In this document: piece by piece, positions 28,327 through 37,936 of the stretch
Position numbering within the stretch: the stretch's first letter is position 1
Layout: every line of letters begins with the position of its first letter
Source of the DNA: an uncultured Gammaproteobacteria bacterium
GTDB taxonomy: Bacteria > Cyanobacteriota > Vampirovibrionia > LMEP-6097
Assembly (NCBI GenBank): GCA_964512985.1
Contig: CAZELI010000010.1
Span: 2,945-66,944, forward strand
Direction of reading: 5' to 3'
Length of the DNA stretch: 64,000 nucleotides
Notes under the pieces: model-generated
Told to the model about the DNA's origin: nothing
Database searches by the model: none
What the model saw: the letters and a program-made list of their open reading frames with translations, nothing else
Made by a program: the position numbers and the translations under genes

Positions 28327-28920
28327 ACCTGGAGCTATTGGTACGGATAGGTTTTCAATAATTACTGGTTTATTAGGATTTGTTGTACTTAAATTTGCAT
28401 TTTGGACAATGTTCTTTAATTCTGCATCAGTTGGATTAAGAATCTGTTTTAACTCTTTATGAGCTTCAGCCTCACGCTGAGATCTCTCGGCAGCAGGTAT
28501 TGAATCCTGACCCTGGATTATTGCTTCTCTATTTGGATTCTCTAGTCTAATGTTTATAGTAAAAACTCCTTTGTCTTTACTTGGCCTTCATCTCTGATAC
28601 GTAATGCTAATCAATGTAATATTAGATTTTTGGATTAATTGAGAGATCTAGTATTACGCATCAGAAAAATATTATAACCCTTATTAGAAGCCATGTCCAT
28701 AAAGAAAGCATAAATGGTATTAACATTAAGAAAAACTAATATATACACTTTAGATAAGATGTAATTTATTAGGGGAAATCATCTAAAAACCACTGGAAAT
28801 GAAGTTTTTCTAGCTTAATCCTCAGTATTATGTTCAAAGAAGCTTAATTTTCCCTCATTTTGAATCATTTCAAGCTAAAGTGATGTCTAAGATAAGGAAA
28901 CCAAATAATATTTAGTCAAT

Positions 28921-29409
28921 ATGCTTTTAAACGGCAAATCAATTAATATACATGTAATTCTCATCAGCCTGGCCTTGATACTTGTTAATACGCATGGCAC
29001 TAGTAATAATAAAACTAGCGCAAGTCTTAATAGTACTGGTCTAGCACTTGTGAATTCAACTTTAGGAGAAGCAGAGAAGAAAATGGTACGTATGGGACTT
29101 AAACGTACCCATATTATTTATCAAGCTAAAGCTTCTTGGTATGGTGGTCATTTCCATGGCAAGACCACGGCTAATATGGAAACCTTCGATAAGAACGTTC
29201 TTTCCGCAGCCCACAAAACCCTTCCTCTTAATACTTACTTACTTGTAACTAACTTAAACAACGGCAAGAAAGTAGTAGTAAGAGTTAATGACAGAGGTCC
29301 TTATATAGAAGGCCGAGATTTAGACCTTTCCGAAGCCGCAGCTAGGTTAGTAGGCAGCTATGCCAAGGGTGTGGTGCCGGTACGTTTCGAAGTTTTAGAG
29401 AGTGTATAA
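28921..29409 (+). CDS. rlpA: RlpA-like lytic transglycosylase (DPBB domain)
   Basis: ASWYGGHFHGKTTANME...AAHKTLPLNTYLLVTNLNNGKKVVVRVNDRGPY. Confidence 0.85.
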   Translation: MLLNGKSINIHVILISLALILVNTHGTSNNKTSASLNSTGLALVNSTLGEAEKKMVRMGLKRTHIIYQAKASWYGGHFHGKTTANMETFDKNVLSAAHKTLPLNTYLLVTNLNNGKKVVVRVNDRGPYIEGRDLDLSEAAARLVGSYAKGVVPVRFEVLESV

Positions 29410-29440
29410 AATTTGCTCCGAAAGGGGAAATAATATATTC

Positions 29441-29547
29441 GTCATCCTGAGGGAGGCGAAGCCGACCGTAAGGATCCACTTTTATAAATAGACTATTCGT
29501 AGTAGTGGATCCTTACGTCGCAACCTACGGTTGCTCCTCAGGATGAC
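29441..29547 (+). repeat. Family A nested-palindrome repeat, copy 4
   Basis: Canonical ends and central stem. Its right end supplies the last codons and stop of panC. Confidence 0.9.
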
Positions 29548-30301
29548 GTACGCGGACATTATCAATCAACCTCGTAGACCCAATCTTAGCCGCAACAAAA
29601 ATCCTTCCCCAATGCACCTCTAAATATTCTACTTTCATTCCTAAGCTTTCTAGATTGTTTCTTGCTGAAACTAAATCATTATCTCTGATTGATTTATAAA
29701 TATTATCCGCTAACTTTCTTTCAGTCTCATTTAAATAACGATTACGTGAACTCATCGCTAGTCCACTAGGCTCTCGTAGAATCGGCGCTCCGATAATCTC
29801 TACAGGAAGCTTTAATCTAGCTACCATCTCCTTAATAACCATTAACTGCTGATAGTCTTTCTCCCCAAACACTGCAACATCAGGCTGAATGAGATCGAAT
29901 AATAACTTCACCACCGTACAAACTCCATCGAAATGCCCTGGACGATTGAGCCCACAGAGTTTATTAGTAAGTTCTGGATCCGCATAAATATTATTAACCT
30001 CTCCTGCATACATCTCTTCAACACTTGGAGCCCAAACATAATCTACTCCTAAACCTTCAAGCATCTTAAGATCGTTCTCAAGAGTTTTAGGATACTTACT
30101 AAAATCCTCACTCGGACCGAATTGCAGAGGGTTAACAAAAATACTCACCCAAACTATCTCTGCATGCTGCTTAGCAATCTCTGCTAGTGATAGATGCCCT
30201 TCATGTAATGCACCCATAGTCGGCACTAGAGCAACTTTTTTACCATCATAAGATTGCTGGGCTTCTATGAGTTGTTTTCTGGTGGTGATGAGTTGGGGCA
30301 T
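29525..30301 (-). CDS. panC: Pantoate-beta-alanine ligase
   Basis: VPTMGALHEGHLSL and the family layout. The C-terminal RHPEEQP and stop are encoded by the repeat. Confidence 0.9.
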   Translation of the reverse strand: MPQLITTRKQLIEAQQSYDGKKVALVPTMGALHEGHLSLAEIAKQHAEIVWVSIFVNPLQFGPSEDFSKYPKTLENDLKMLEGLGVDYVWAPSVEEMYAGEVNNIYADPELTNKLCGLNRPGHFDGVCTVVKLLFDLIQPDVAVFGEKDYQQLMVIKEMVARLKLPVEIIGAPILREPSGLAMSSRNRYLNETERKLADNIYKSIRDNDLVSARNNLESLGMKVEYLEVHWGRIFVAAKIGSTRLIDNVRVRHPEEQP

Positions 30302-30337
30302 TGGAATTGTGATTATAGTAAAAATTATTGAAAAGTA

Positions 30338-31663
30338 TTAAAAAGGAACTTTCGCAGCTAAATATAAAGGATATTTCTGCAACAATTCATCTGGACTAAG
30401 GTTTAGCTCTTGACCTGAAAGTATGATCATATACTTCGGCTTATATTTATCTGCATATGATTTTAAACTTTTACCACGAGTCTTATTTCCAGATTTAACC
30501 TCAATAGGAACAATCTCTCCTTTGATACTTCTAATAAATTCGATTTCTGCTTTGTTTTCGTTCCATGCATAGAATTTTTCACGACCAGCACTAGCATAAA
30601 CTAATTCCTGTAAAACAAAGTTTTCAGCATAGTAACCTTTATATGTTCCAAACTGAAAATCCAATATCACTCTAGGGTCTAATCCGGATAAGGCTCGCAA
30701 CATACCCATATCAAATAAATACAATTTGAAAAAATTCTCTTTTGTATAAGCTGATAAAGGTTGATCTATATGATGCAATACTTGTATCCTGTGAACCAAG
30801 CCCACAGCTTCTAACCAATCAATGCTGGATACCAATTGACTATATTTTGTTTTACCAGGAATAACATTTTTGAATTTAAATTTACTACTACTTTCATCGG
30901 CTTCTCTTGCAAGTTGTTCTGGAACATTCTGCAAAATTCTTGAAATATGCATAGAATTTTCTTTTCCAGAATGCTTACCAATATCTGCATAATAATTTTC
31001 CAGAATCCTTTCCTGAACTGCAACTGTAGAGTTAATTCTATTAAGCAATAGATCATCTTTATTATCAAAGAAGGCTTGCACTGCTGCTGGCATTCCGCCA
31101 ACAATTAAATAATGTTTGAATAAATCCCACAATTGATCATGCGCATAGATCTTTTTGGTTTCAGGAATTGCTTGAAAATGCTCATATAACATTTCATTAC
31201 CACTAGCTTGCAAAAACTCTTCATACGACATTGGTTGCATATGCAAGGTATCTACTTTACCCACTGGAAAGGAAACTCCTACGAGCTTAACTCCTAAGAG
31301 AGATCCTGTTGCCATTACTTTAAGTTCTGGCATATCTTCACAAAAATATTTCAAACTTGTAATTGCTCGCGGACATTCCTGAATTTCATCAAAAATCAAA
31401 AGATCAGTCGTAGGATTTATTGTTTGATTAAATCTAGTTGCAAGTTTATTGATGATTTCTTTTGGATCTAAATTCTCGTTAAAGTCTGCATGAACTAATT
31501 TATCTTTTTCAAAATTTATATAAATGTAGTTAGAAAAATGCTTCTTTGCAAATTCCAGTAAAATATAAGTCTTGCCTATTTGCCTGGCCCCATAAATAAG
31601 TAAAGGCTTACGACCTTTGGACTTAGACCATTCATCAAATTTAGCTAGAATAGTCCTTTTCAT
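30338..31663 (-). CDS. AAA+ ATPase, DUF4143-type
   Basis: Walker A GARQIGKT and Walker B IFDEIQ. Paralogous in layout to 10367..11581. Confidence 0.75.
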   Translation of the reverse strand: MKRTILAKFDEWSKSKGRKPLLIYGARQIGKTYILLEFAKKHFSNYIYINFEKDKLVHADFNENLDPKEIINKLATRFNQTINPTTDLLIFDEIQECPRAITSLKYFCEDMPELKVMATGSLLGVKLVGVSFPVGKVDTLHMQPMSYEEFLQASGNEMLYEHFQAIPETKKIYAHDQLWDLFKHYLIVGGMPAAVQAFFDNKDDLLLNRINSTVAVQERILENYYADIGKHSGKENSMHISRILQNVPEQLAREADESSSKFKFKNVIPGKTKYSQLVSSIDWLEAVGLVHRIQVLHHIDQPLSAYTKENFFKLYLFDMGMLRALSGLDPRVILDFQFGTYKGYYAENFVLQELVYASAGREKFYAWNENKAEIEFIRSIKGEIVPIEVKSGNKTRGKSLKSYADKYKPKYMIILSGQELNLSPDELLQKYPLYLAAKVPF

Positions 31664-31698
31664 ATATCATATTATGCCATATTTATCTAAATTTCATA

Positions 31699-31728
31699 TC
31701 TAAAAAAGGGTTTTTTGCCTTTTTTAGA
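31699..31728. promoter_or_regulatory. 11-bp-stem inverted repeat between batB stop and ATPase start
   Basis: TCTAAAAAAGG-N8-CCTTTTTTAGA. It may be a weak terminator for batB and/or an operator for the ATPase gene. Confidence 0.4.
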
Positions 31729-31756
31729 CACATATTACCAAAGTTTTTAACCTAAA

Positions 31757-33526
31757 TTACCACGGCTTCATATTCTTAGCCTTAGCTTTACTGGCCTGAC
31801 CTTGGTTTTGCTGGACTTCTCCTGGCTTAGCTTCCTGAGCTTGTCGCAATAATCTATCGATATCTTCCTTATCTAAATTATTGTCTTGATCTTGTTGGGG
31901 TTTAGGTTGCTCACTTGGTTGCTCCCCTGGTTTATCGTTTTTGTTCTGTTTACCCTTATCGTTCTTACCGTCTTTATTCTTGTCTTGGTCTTTATTATTT
32001 TTGTTATCCTTCTGATCTTTTTTATCGTTGCCGTCTTTGTTCTTGTCCTGATCAGCAAGCTTCTTCTTAGCAAGTTCTAAATTATATTTAGCATCTTCAT
32101 CATTAGGATCTATCCTTAAAGCATCCTCATAAGAAACAATAGCTTCCTTATACTCTTCTAACTGGAAATGAGCATTGCCCAGATCATAGAGAGCCCTCTC
32201 CTTAAGCTTACTAGAATGTGCTTCACTAGCGGCTCTACTGAAACTAGTGACAGCTTGATCATAAGCGCCCTCACGATAAGTAGCTACTCCGAGATTATAA
32301 TTAAGTCTAGGATTATGCGGCTCAGCTACTTGTAACTTGAGATAGTCACTACGAGCTTCTTTATACTTCTCGCTTTGGAGCTTAGAGTCTGCAATCCATA
32401 AACGCGGATCGAAGATATTTGCTTGTGCTGGAAGTGTACTCATGAATAAGAATAGAATTACAACTAGCTCAATGTGTCTTTTCTTAGTAGTAAAAATATT
32501 GCCCTTATTTTTACGGAACCAAACTTTAATCCTGTCATAGACTCCTATATCAATACCCAAGAGTATCTCTAATAATAAAGCTATAAGCCCAATAGACATG
32601 AAGACTTGATAAGTTTCATACCATTGTTGAGTTCTACCAGATTTAACTATCTCAGAACCTTGGTCAGTCTTGATGTGATCGTAATAGAGTTGATCCAAAT
32701 GGAAGTCTCCTCCACTAGATCTGACGTAATAACCGCCACCAGCTTGGGCTATCTTCTTCAAGAAACTATCATCAAGTTTAGAAATAACTACACTACCATC
32801 AGTGTCACGAACTAGTCCTTGAGCTAATTGTATTGGTGCACCCTTAGCTGTACCAATACCAAGAGTATAAATATTAATGCCTTCAGAGTGAGCTCTACTA
32901 ACCAAAGCTAAAGTTTCTTCATCATGCTCCTCGCCATCACTCATTATGATTAATGCCTTACCCTCTGACTTAATATGCTCAAAAGCCTTGCGCGCTACTT
33001 CTACAGCAGACTTAATAGAAGTGCCTGGGGTTTCAACAGAATCAGTACTAATACTAGAAATCCAGTCTCTGACCATAAGATAGTCATGGGTTAAAGGAGA
33101 TTGCAAGAAGGCATCACCAGCAAAAATTATCAATCCAATTCTATCACCAGAAAGTTTCTCAAGTAATTTATCTATTTCAAACTTCGCTCTAGCTAAACGA
33201 TTAGGTGAGATATCCTCAGCAAGCATACTAGTAGAAACATCTAAGGCAATAATAATATTAGTTCCTTTAGTTTCGATTTCTTTCCAATCATAACCCCAAC
33301 GTGGCGAAATGAAAGAAGTCACAAACATAGTCACCGCTAGCAATAATAGCGAATATCTAATGATGGTCTTAGAGTTAGAACTATTAGGAAATAATGACTT
33401 AAGTTTATCTGGGCGGCATAGAATACCCAAAGCCTTAGATCTACGCTTCCAAGAATAATACAGGAAGAATGCCATCGCTGGAATTAGCAGTATAAGAAAT
33501 AGCAATTCTGGATGTTTTATATTCAT
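31757..33526 (-). CDS. batB: BatB-like vWA protein fused to TPR repeats, with a Lys/Asp/Asn-rich tail
   Basis: N-terminal TMs, vWA MIDAS (ALDVSTSM), TPR region, and a low-complexity KDGNDKKDQKDNKNNKDQDKNKDG tail. Confidence 0.8.
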   Translation of the reverse strand: MNIKHPELLFLILLIPAMAFFLYYSWKRRSKALGILCRPDKLKSLFPNSSNSKTIIRYSLLLLAVTMFVTSFISPRWGYDWKEIETKGTNIIIALDVSTSMLAEDISPNRLARAKFEIDKLLEKLSGDRIGLIIFAGDAFLQSPLTHDYLMVRDWISSISTDSVETPGTSIKSAVEVARKAFEHIKSEGKALIIMSDGEEHDEETLALVSRAHSEGINIYTLGIGTAKGAPIQLAQGLVRDTDGSVVISKLDDSFLKKIAQAGGGYYVRSSGGDFHLDQLYYDHIKTDQGSEIVKSGRTQQWYETYQVFMSIGLIALLLEILLGIDIGVYDRIKVWFRKNKGNIFTTKKRHIELVVILFLFMSTLPAQANIFDPRLWIADSKLQSEKYKEARSDYLKLQVAEPHNPRLNYNLGVATYREGAYDQAVTSFSRAASEAHSSKLKERALYDLGNAHFQLEEYKEAIVSYEDALRIDPNDEDAKYNLELAKKKLADQDKNKDGNDKKDQKDNKNNKDQDKNKDGKNDKGKQNKNDKPGEQPSEQPKPQQDQDNNLDKEDIDRLLRQAQEAKPGEVQQNQGQASKAKAKNMKPW

Positions 33527-34515
33527 ATGATCCTAAACAATAGCGTGTTTGCTAGCAACAACTCTCCCATAAAACTCATAAAAGCAATCCACAAGATAGT
33601 TTCATAGATATCTTTATATGAACTATATTGCTTAACTTGCATTTCTGTTTTCTCTAACTTATCGATATAGTCATAGATTCTTGTTAAATCATTAGTACTT
33701 TGTGCACGGAAATATTGTCCGCCCGTTTGATTAGCAATCTTGATCAAAGATTCTTCATCTATAGGCATAGCTTGCTGAACCATCACTGGACCCATCGGAG
33801 TATCTACCTTAAATGGCACTTCACCATCTTGCCCTATACCTATAGTATAAATTTTCACGCCAAGTTCTTTTGCCATCTCAGTGGCTATTAGTGGAGGGAT
33901 ATTACCAGAAGTATTCTCACCATCGGTCATGAGAATTATTACTCTAGATTTAGCTTGCAGGTCTTTCAAGCGCTTCACCGCAATAGCGATAGCGTCTCCT
34001 ATCGCCGTAGATCCGCCTACCATACCGATCTCCATATTATCGATCAAATCAATAATGGCACCATGGTCTAAGGTAAGTGGACATTGAGTATAAGCCTTCT
34101 CTCCAAAGACCAGCAAAGCCAGTCTATCATTAGGACGCTTCAATACAAATTCCTGTAATAAACTTTTCAAGACTGTTAATCTATCTACTGTCTGTCCATT
34201 AAGCCTAAGGTCAAGCGCTGACATAGATTGTGAAGTATCTACAGCAAGCACCATATCTAGTCCATTATGCTTGCTTACTGTGAACGATTGCCCTAATTGC
34301 GGTCTAGCTAATAGAATAATAATTAATGCAAGAGTAATAAGTCTCAGTAAGAACGGGAAATGATAACCAATCTTATCAAAGAACGACGAGTAGGCTTTAT
34401 GATGCTCAGTTAGAGAGATGCTCAGATCGCTCTGATTAGCCCGAAAGAAATAAAGCAGTGCTATCACCGGGATAAGAATTAAGAATATTAAAACCCAGGG
34501 ATTAGCAAAGATCAT
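33523..34515 (-). CDS. batA: BatA-like vWA membrane protein
   Basis: TM segments plus vWA (AVDTSQSM, MTDGENT). AGGAGG lies 7 nt upstream of the ATG. Confidence 0.85.
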   Translation of the reverse strand: MIFANPWVLIFLILIPVIALLYFFRANQSDLSISLTEHHKAYSSFFDKIGYHFPFLLRLITLALIIILLARPQLGQSFTVSKHNGLDMVLAVDTSQSMSALDLRLNGQTVDRLTVLKSLLQEFVLKRPNDRLALLVFGEKAYTQCPLTLDHGAIIDLIDNMEIGMVGGSTAIGDAIAIAVKRLKDLQAKSRVIILMTDGENTSGNIPPLIATEMAKELGVKIYTIGIGQDGEVPFKVDTPMGPVMVQQAMPIDEESLIKIANQTGGQYFRAQSTNDLTRIYDYIDKLEKTEMQVKQYSSYKDIYETILWIAFMSFMGELLLANTLLFRII

Positions 34516-34562
34516 AAGGATCCTCCTATTATTAACAAGGCTGTCAACTTAAAGACACCATC

Positions 34563-34664
34563 GTCATCCTGAGGAGCAACCGTAGGTTGCGACGTCAGGA
34601 TCCACTCTGCATGCTTCTTAGTAGTGGATCCTGACGGTCGGGCTTCGCCCTCCCTCAGGATGAC
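34563..34664 (-). repeat. Family A nested-palindrome repeat, copy 5 (inside the bat operon)
   Basis: Canonical ends and central stem. Sits between the stop of the DUF4381-like gene and the batA RBS. Confidence 0.9.
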
Positions 34665-34671
34665 GAGCGTT

Positions 34672-35292
34672 TTATACCTGTACATTCTCGACCCCCTCCA
34701 ATGTAGCTTCATCCTGTATCAAACCAGTAGTATTCACTGCCCTTGCTTCCTCTGCTGCCACTGTATCTTCAATCGCTCTAATAATCTCTAAGGTAGATTC
34801 GATATCTTTTGCCTTAGTATCCATAGGCACAGTATAAAGAGCAAACTTCGCTAAATCCGCTCGCTGAAAGATCTTGCTGAGTAACATTGCTTGGCTAGTT
34901 TGAATGCGGCGTTCGCTGATTAGTATCTCTCGCATTTCATCTTCTGTCTTATCGAGTGCATGCATGCCGAGACGCTGCTCTAAATAGATCCTAATATATT
35001 CAGAATAAGACAGATAGAAATCCTTGCTATTTCTACTGAGATCTAGTTCCTTAAGCCTCTTAACAGTAAGCTGATAAATAGTGAGGTCTGCATCTGGCTT
35101 CTTCTTAATATATCTCATATAAATAAAATAGGCTAAGTAAGCTAGAGCTATCACCAGTAAACTGATTTGAAGCCAAGCTGGGATCTCAATCGCATAAAAA
35201 CCTTGAATATCTCTTAGTTGTTCCTCCGCAGGAACCGAACTAGATATACCTGGAGCAGTGGGCATTGAATTAATAAGCGTATTGGTTGGCAT
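34672..35292 (-). CDS. DUF4381-like membrane protein of the Bat operon
   Basis: Single TM followed by a helical region, in the usual position between DUF58 and batA. Confidence 0.55.
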   Translation of the reverse strand: MPTNTLINSMPTAPGISSSVPAEEQLRDIQGFYAIEIPAWLQISLLVIALAYLAYFIYMRYIKKKPDADLTIYQLTVKRLKELDLSRNSKDFYLSYSEYIRIYLEQRLGMHALDKTEDEMREILISERRIQTSQAMLLSKIFQRADLAKFALYTVPMDTKAKDIESTLEIIRAIEDTVAAEEARAVNTTGLIQDEATLEGVENVQV

Positions 35293-36173
35293 TAGCTCCT
35301 TCTCTCCCGCATTAGAAATAAATTCAACAGAGTTGAAATATAAGGTCTATTAGTAGATAGGTCTAAGAAGTCCACACCAAGCTTTTTAAATTTAGCTTTC
35401 AATATTGCTAAGTGTTTTTGTTGTGAATGAGCAAATAATTCACGCATAGATTTCTTATTAAGGTTAAGAAGCTCTTTATGACTGGTTTCTGGGTTAATCA
35501 CTTCGATATAACCAATATTAGGTAAAGAGAACTCACGCGGGTCACGCACTGAGATCGCTATCAAGTCTTGAGTTCTGCGCAAGAGTTTTAACTCCCGTTC
35601 ATAATCTGTAGCATCAATAAAATCAGAAATCAAAAACACTATCGTATGTCTCGGAATCAGACTAATCGCCTCAGTGAGAGCAGTTTTAAGATCGGTACGC
35701 TTGGAGCGTGGTTGAAAAGTTAGCAGGTCTTTGATCAGACGAAATATATGTGCCTTACCTTGTTTAGGCGGAACGTAGCTTTCTACCTTATCAGTAATCA
35801 ACATCATGCCAACTTTATCGTTACTCTTAATTGCCAGGGAAGCCAGTACTGAAGCGAGTTCTATCGACATCTCGCGTTTGTTTTGCTCCTGAGTACCAAA
35901 GCTACTAGAAGCACTAAGATCCACTATCACCACTATAGATAGTTGACGCTCTTCTTTATACTGACGAATAAAAGGGGCTTGCATTCTTGCTGTCACCTTC
36001 CAATCAATGCTACGCAGATCATCTCCGATCTGATATTCGCGTATAGCCTCGAAGTTCAGTCCCTTCCCCTTAAACGCTGACTTGAACTCACCTGAGAGTA
36101 TCTCCGATGCCATACGATCAGTTTTCACTTGAATTTTTTTGATCTTGGCAAGTAGTTCTTGAGATATTAACAT
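35292..36173 (-). CDS. DUF58 protein (MoxR partner)
   Basis: EYQIGDDLRSIDWKVTAR and VVIVDLSASS motifs. Confidence 0.85.
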   Translation of the reverse strand: MLISQELLAKIKKIQVKTDRMASEILSGEFKSAFKGKGLNFEAIREYQIGDDLRSIDWKVTARMQAPFIRQYKEERQLSIVVIVDLSASSSFGTQEQNKREMSIELASVLASLAIKSNDKVGMMLITDKVESYVPPKQGKAHIFRLIKDLLTFQPRSKRTDLKTALTEAISLIPRHTIVFLISDFIDATDYERELKLLRRTQDLIAISVRDPREFSLPNIGYIEVINPETSHKELLNLNKKSMRELFAHSQQKHLAILKAKFKKLGVDFLDLSTNRPYISTLLNLFLMRERRS

Positions 36174-36185
36174 TTAAAGTTTCCG

Positions 36186-37211
36186 TTACGGCACCTCAAT
36201 ACTATCGAAAATAACACTGACAATATTATCTACTGTCTTATCCTCAGCTTCCGCTTCAAAGCTCATAACAATACGCTGCCTCAATACATCAAAACCCACA
36301 CTCTTAACATCTTGCGGAGTAACGTAAGCACGTCCTTGTAAGTAAGCATGAGTACGTGCAGCAAGCGCAAGTGCAATAGAAGCACGTGGTGAAGCACCAT
36401 AAGCAATCAAACCATCTAACTCTTTAATCTTATGCGTTTTACCAGAGCTTTTCACTTCGCCGGTTCTAGTTGCAAACACTATATCAATAATATAATCCTG
36501 CACTTTCTCATCAATATAAATACGATCCACTAAATCTCGTGCTTTAAATATATCTTCTCTGCTGATAACCTGGCTAAGCTTAGTATCACGTTTAAGAGAC
36601 ATCATATTCATGATCTTTTTCTCTTCCTCGCGATTAGGATAATCAATCTTCAGCTTCATCATAAATCTATCCATCTGCGCTTCAGGTAAAGCATAAGTGC
36701 CCTCCTGCTCAAGTGGGTTTTGCGTTGCAAGTACAATAAACGGTTCATCGAGCTTATACGATGTAGAACCTATAGTCACCTGCTTCTCAGCCATAGCCTC
36801 TAGCAGTGCAGATTGTACTTTTGCTGGCGCGCGGTTAATCTCATCCGCCAGAATCAGGTTAGAGAATATAGGACCTTTCTTCGTCTCAAAGTCATTAGTA
36901 TTAGGTTTATAAATCTGCGTACCAATCAAATCCGCTGGAAGCAAGTCTGGAGTGAACTGAATACGCTGAAAATTCAAACCTATGCATTGGGATAAACTCT
37001 TAACCGTCTCGGTCTTAGCCAGCCCAGGCACCCCCTCGATCAATATATGACCACCAGCAATAATCCCCAATAATAAACGCTCTATAAAAAGCTCCTGCCC
37101 TATGATTTTCCTGTGTATTTCTTGTTTAACTTTTTGGAATATTTGTGAGTGAATTTGTATATCGGTAGTTAACTGTTCTAAATCTGAACTTGTATTTATA
37201 GTCTCGGTCAT
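36186..37211 (-). CDS. MoxR-family AAA+ ATPase
   Basis: EGVPGLAKT Walker A, LADEINRA Walker B, GASPRA motif. Confidence 0.9.
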   Translation of the reverse strand: MTETINTSSDLEQLTTDIQIHSQIFQKVKQEIHRKIIGQELFIERLLLGIIAGGHILIEGVPGLAKTETVKSLSQCIGLNFQRIQFTPDLLPADLIGTQIYKPNTNDFETKKGPIFSNLILADEINRAPAKVQSALLEAMAEKQVTIGSTSYKLDEPFIVLATQNPLEQEGTYALPEAQMDRFMMKLKIDYPNREEEKKIMNMMSLKRDTKLSQVISREDIFKARDLVDRIYIDEKVQDYIIDIVFATRTGEVKSSGKTHKIKELDGLIAYGASPRASIALALAARTHAYLQGRAYVTPQDVKSVGFDVLRQRIVMSFEAEAEDKTVDNIVSVIFDSIEVP

Positions 37212-37309
37212 AGGATCTCCTCTCTATATGATAGCTGATATAGTGATTTTAATAAAAATACAAACTGTTTTCTAGGGGATTTAGGAAGTTTTAAGCTAAG
37301 TAAGAGTAA

Positions 37310-37777
37310 TCAATTATCATCAGGATCTACTACTTGATCTCTAACATTATCTAACAATTGACCAAATGTCTCAGGATACCCCACTCTTTCTAGATTGAAT
37401 TTTTCACGTAATTTTGCCTCTATTTTCGACCATTCTATTGGAAAACGGTCGTTTAATACACGGAGCGGAGTCTTTCTTGTCATTTCAGTCTCAGGCGGTA
37501 ATCTTAATACCTCCACTATAACTGATTTTATTATAGACTTAAGTAAATTTCTATCATGACCAATCTTACTCTTATCAACAATTTGATGCAACGCTTGTAC
37601 TCTCTGATCATTATTACGATCATTATTTAATAAACTAAAAGCAACTGCATCGGCAACATCTCCTACTTTAGCTAATACATGCGGATTTTTTTTGTCGAGC
37701 ATATAAGGCTTAGCTGCTATTTTGAAAGCTTCTCTTAATCCATTAAATAATTGCGGTCCTGTACAAGTTGTTGACAT
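37310..37777 (-). CDS. Hypothetical protein
   Basis: A 155-aa ORF with no recognised domain. Confidence 0.5.
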   Translation of the reverse strand: MSTTCTGPQLFNGLREAFKIAAKPYMLDKKNPHVLAKVGDVADAVAFSLLNNDRNNDQRVQALHQIVDKSKIGHDRNLLKSIIKSVIVEVLRLPPETEMTRKTPLRVLNDRFPIEWSKIEAKLREKFNLERVGYPETFGQLLDNVRDQVVDPDDN

Positions 37778-37836
37778 AATAGTACAGAAGATAACATAAA
37801 ATCATCGCAAATAACAATCTGTATTAATTGTATTAA

Positions 37837-37869
37837 TAGTAACGTTCCGACTTCGCACGCTCCTGTTAC
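37837..37869 (+). repeat. Family D 32-bp repeat, left copy flanking the OMP cassette
   Basis: TAGTAACGTTCCGACTTCGCACGCTCCTGTTAC is the inverted partner of 38960-38993, with 1 mismatch. Confidence 0.8.
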
Positions 37870-37871
37870 CA

Positions 37872-37910
37872 ATTTAAAATAAAAGAGCCCTACATTGCTG
37901 CAGGGCTCTT
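37872..37910 (-). terminator. Intrinsic terminator of the OMP gene
   Basis: AAGAGCCCT-N10-AGGGCTCTT stem, followed on the minus strand by TTATTTTAAATT. Confidence 0.75.
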
Positions 37911-37936
37911 TGTTTAATTAGACTCTAAATATAAAT

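Noticed and set aside
31873-32080. Two overlapping ORFs (one per strand) inside batB
   Set aside because: They arise from the low-complexity Lys/Asp/Asn-rich coding repeat at the batB 3' end. The 365..589 ORF antisense to the Gly-rich gene has the same cause.
34512-34712. 66-aa minus-strand ORF between batA and the DUF4381-like gene
   Set aside because: It is encoded almost entirely by family A repeat copy 5. Equivalent pseudo-ORFs would arise at other copies, so it is not a gene.
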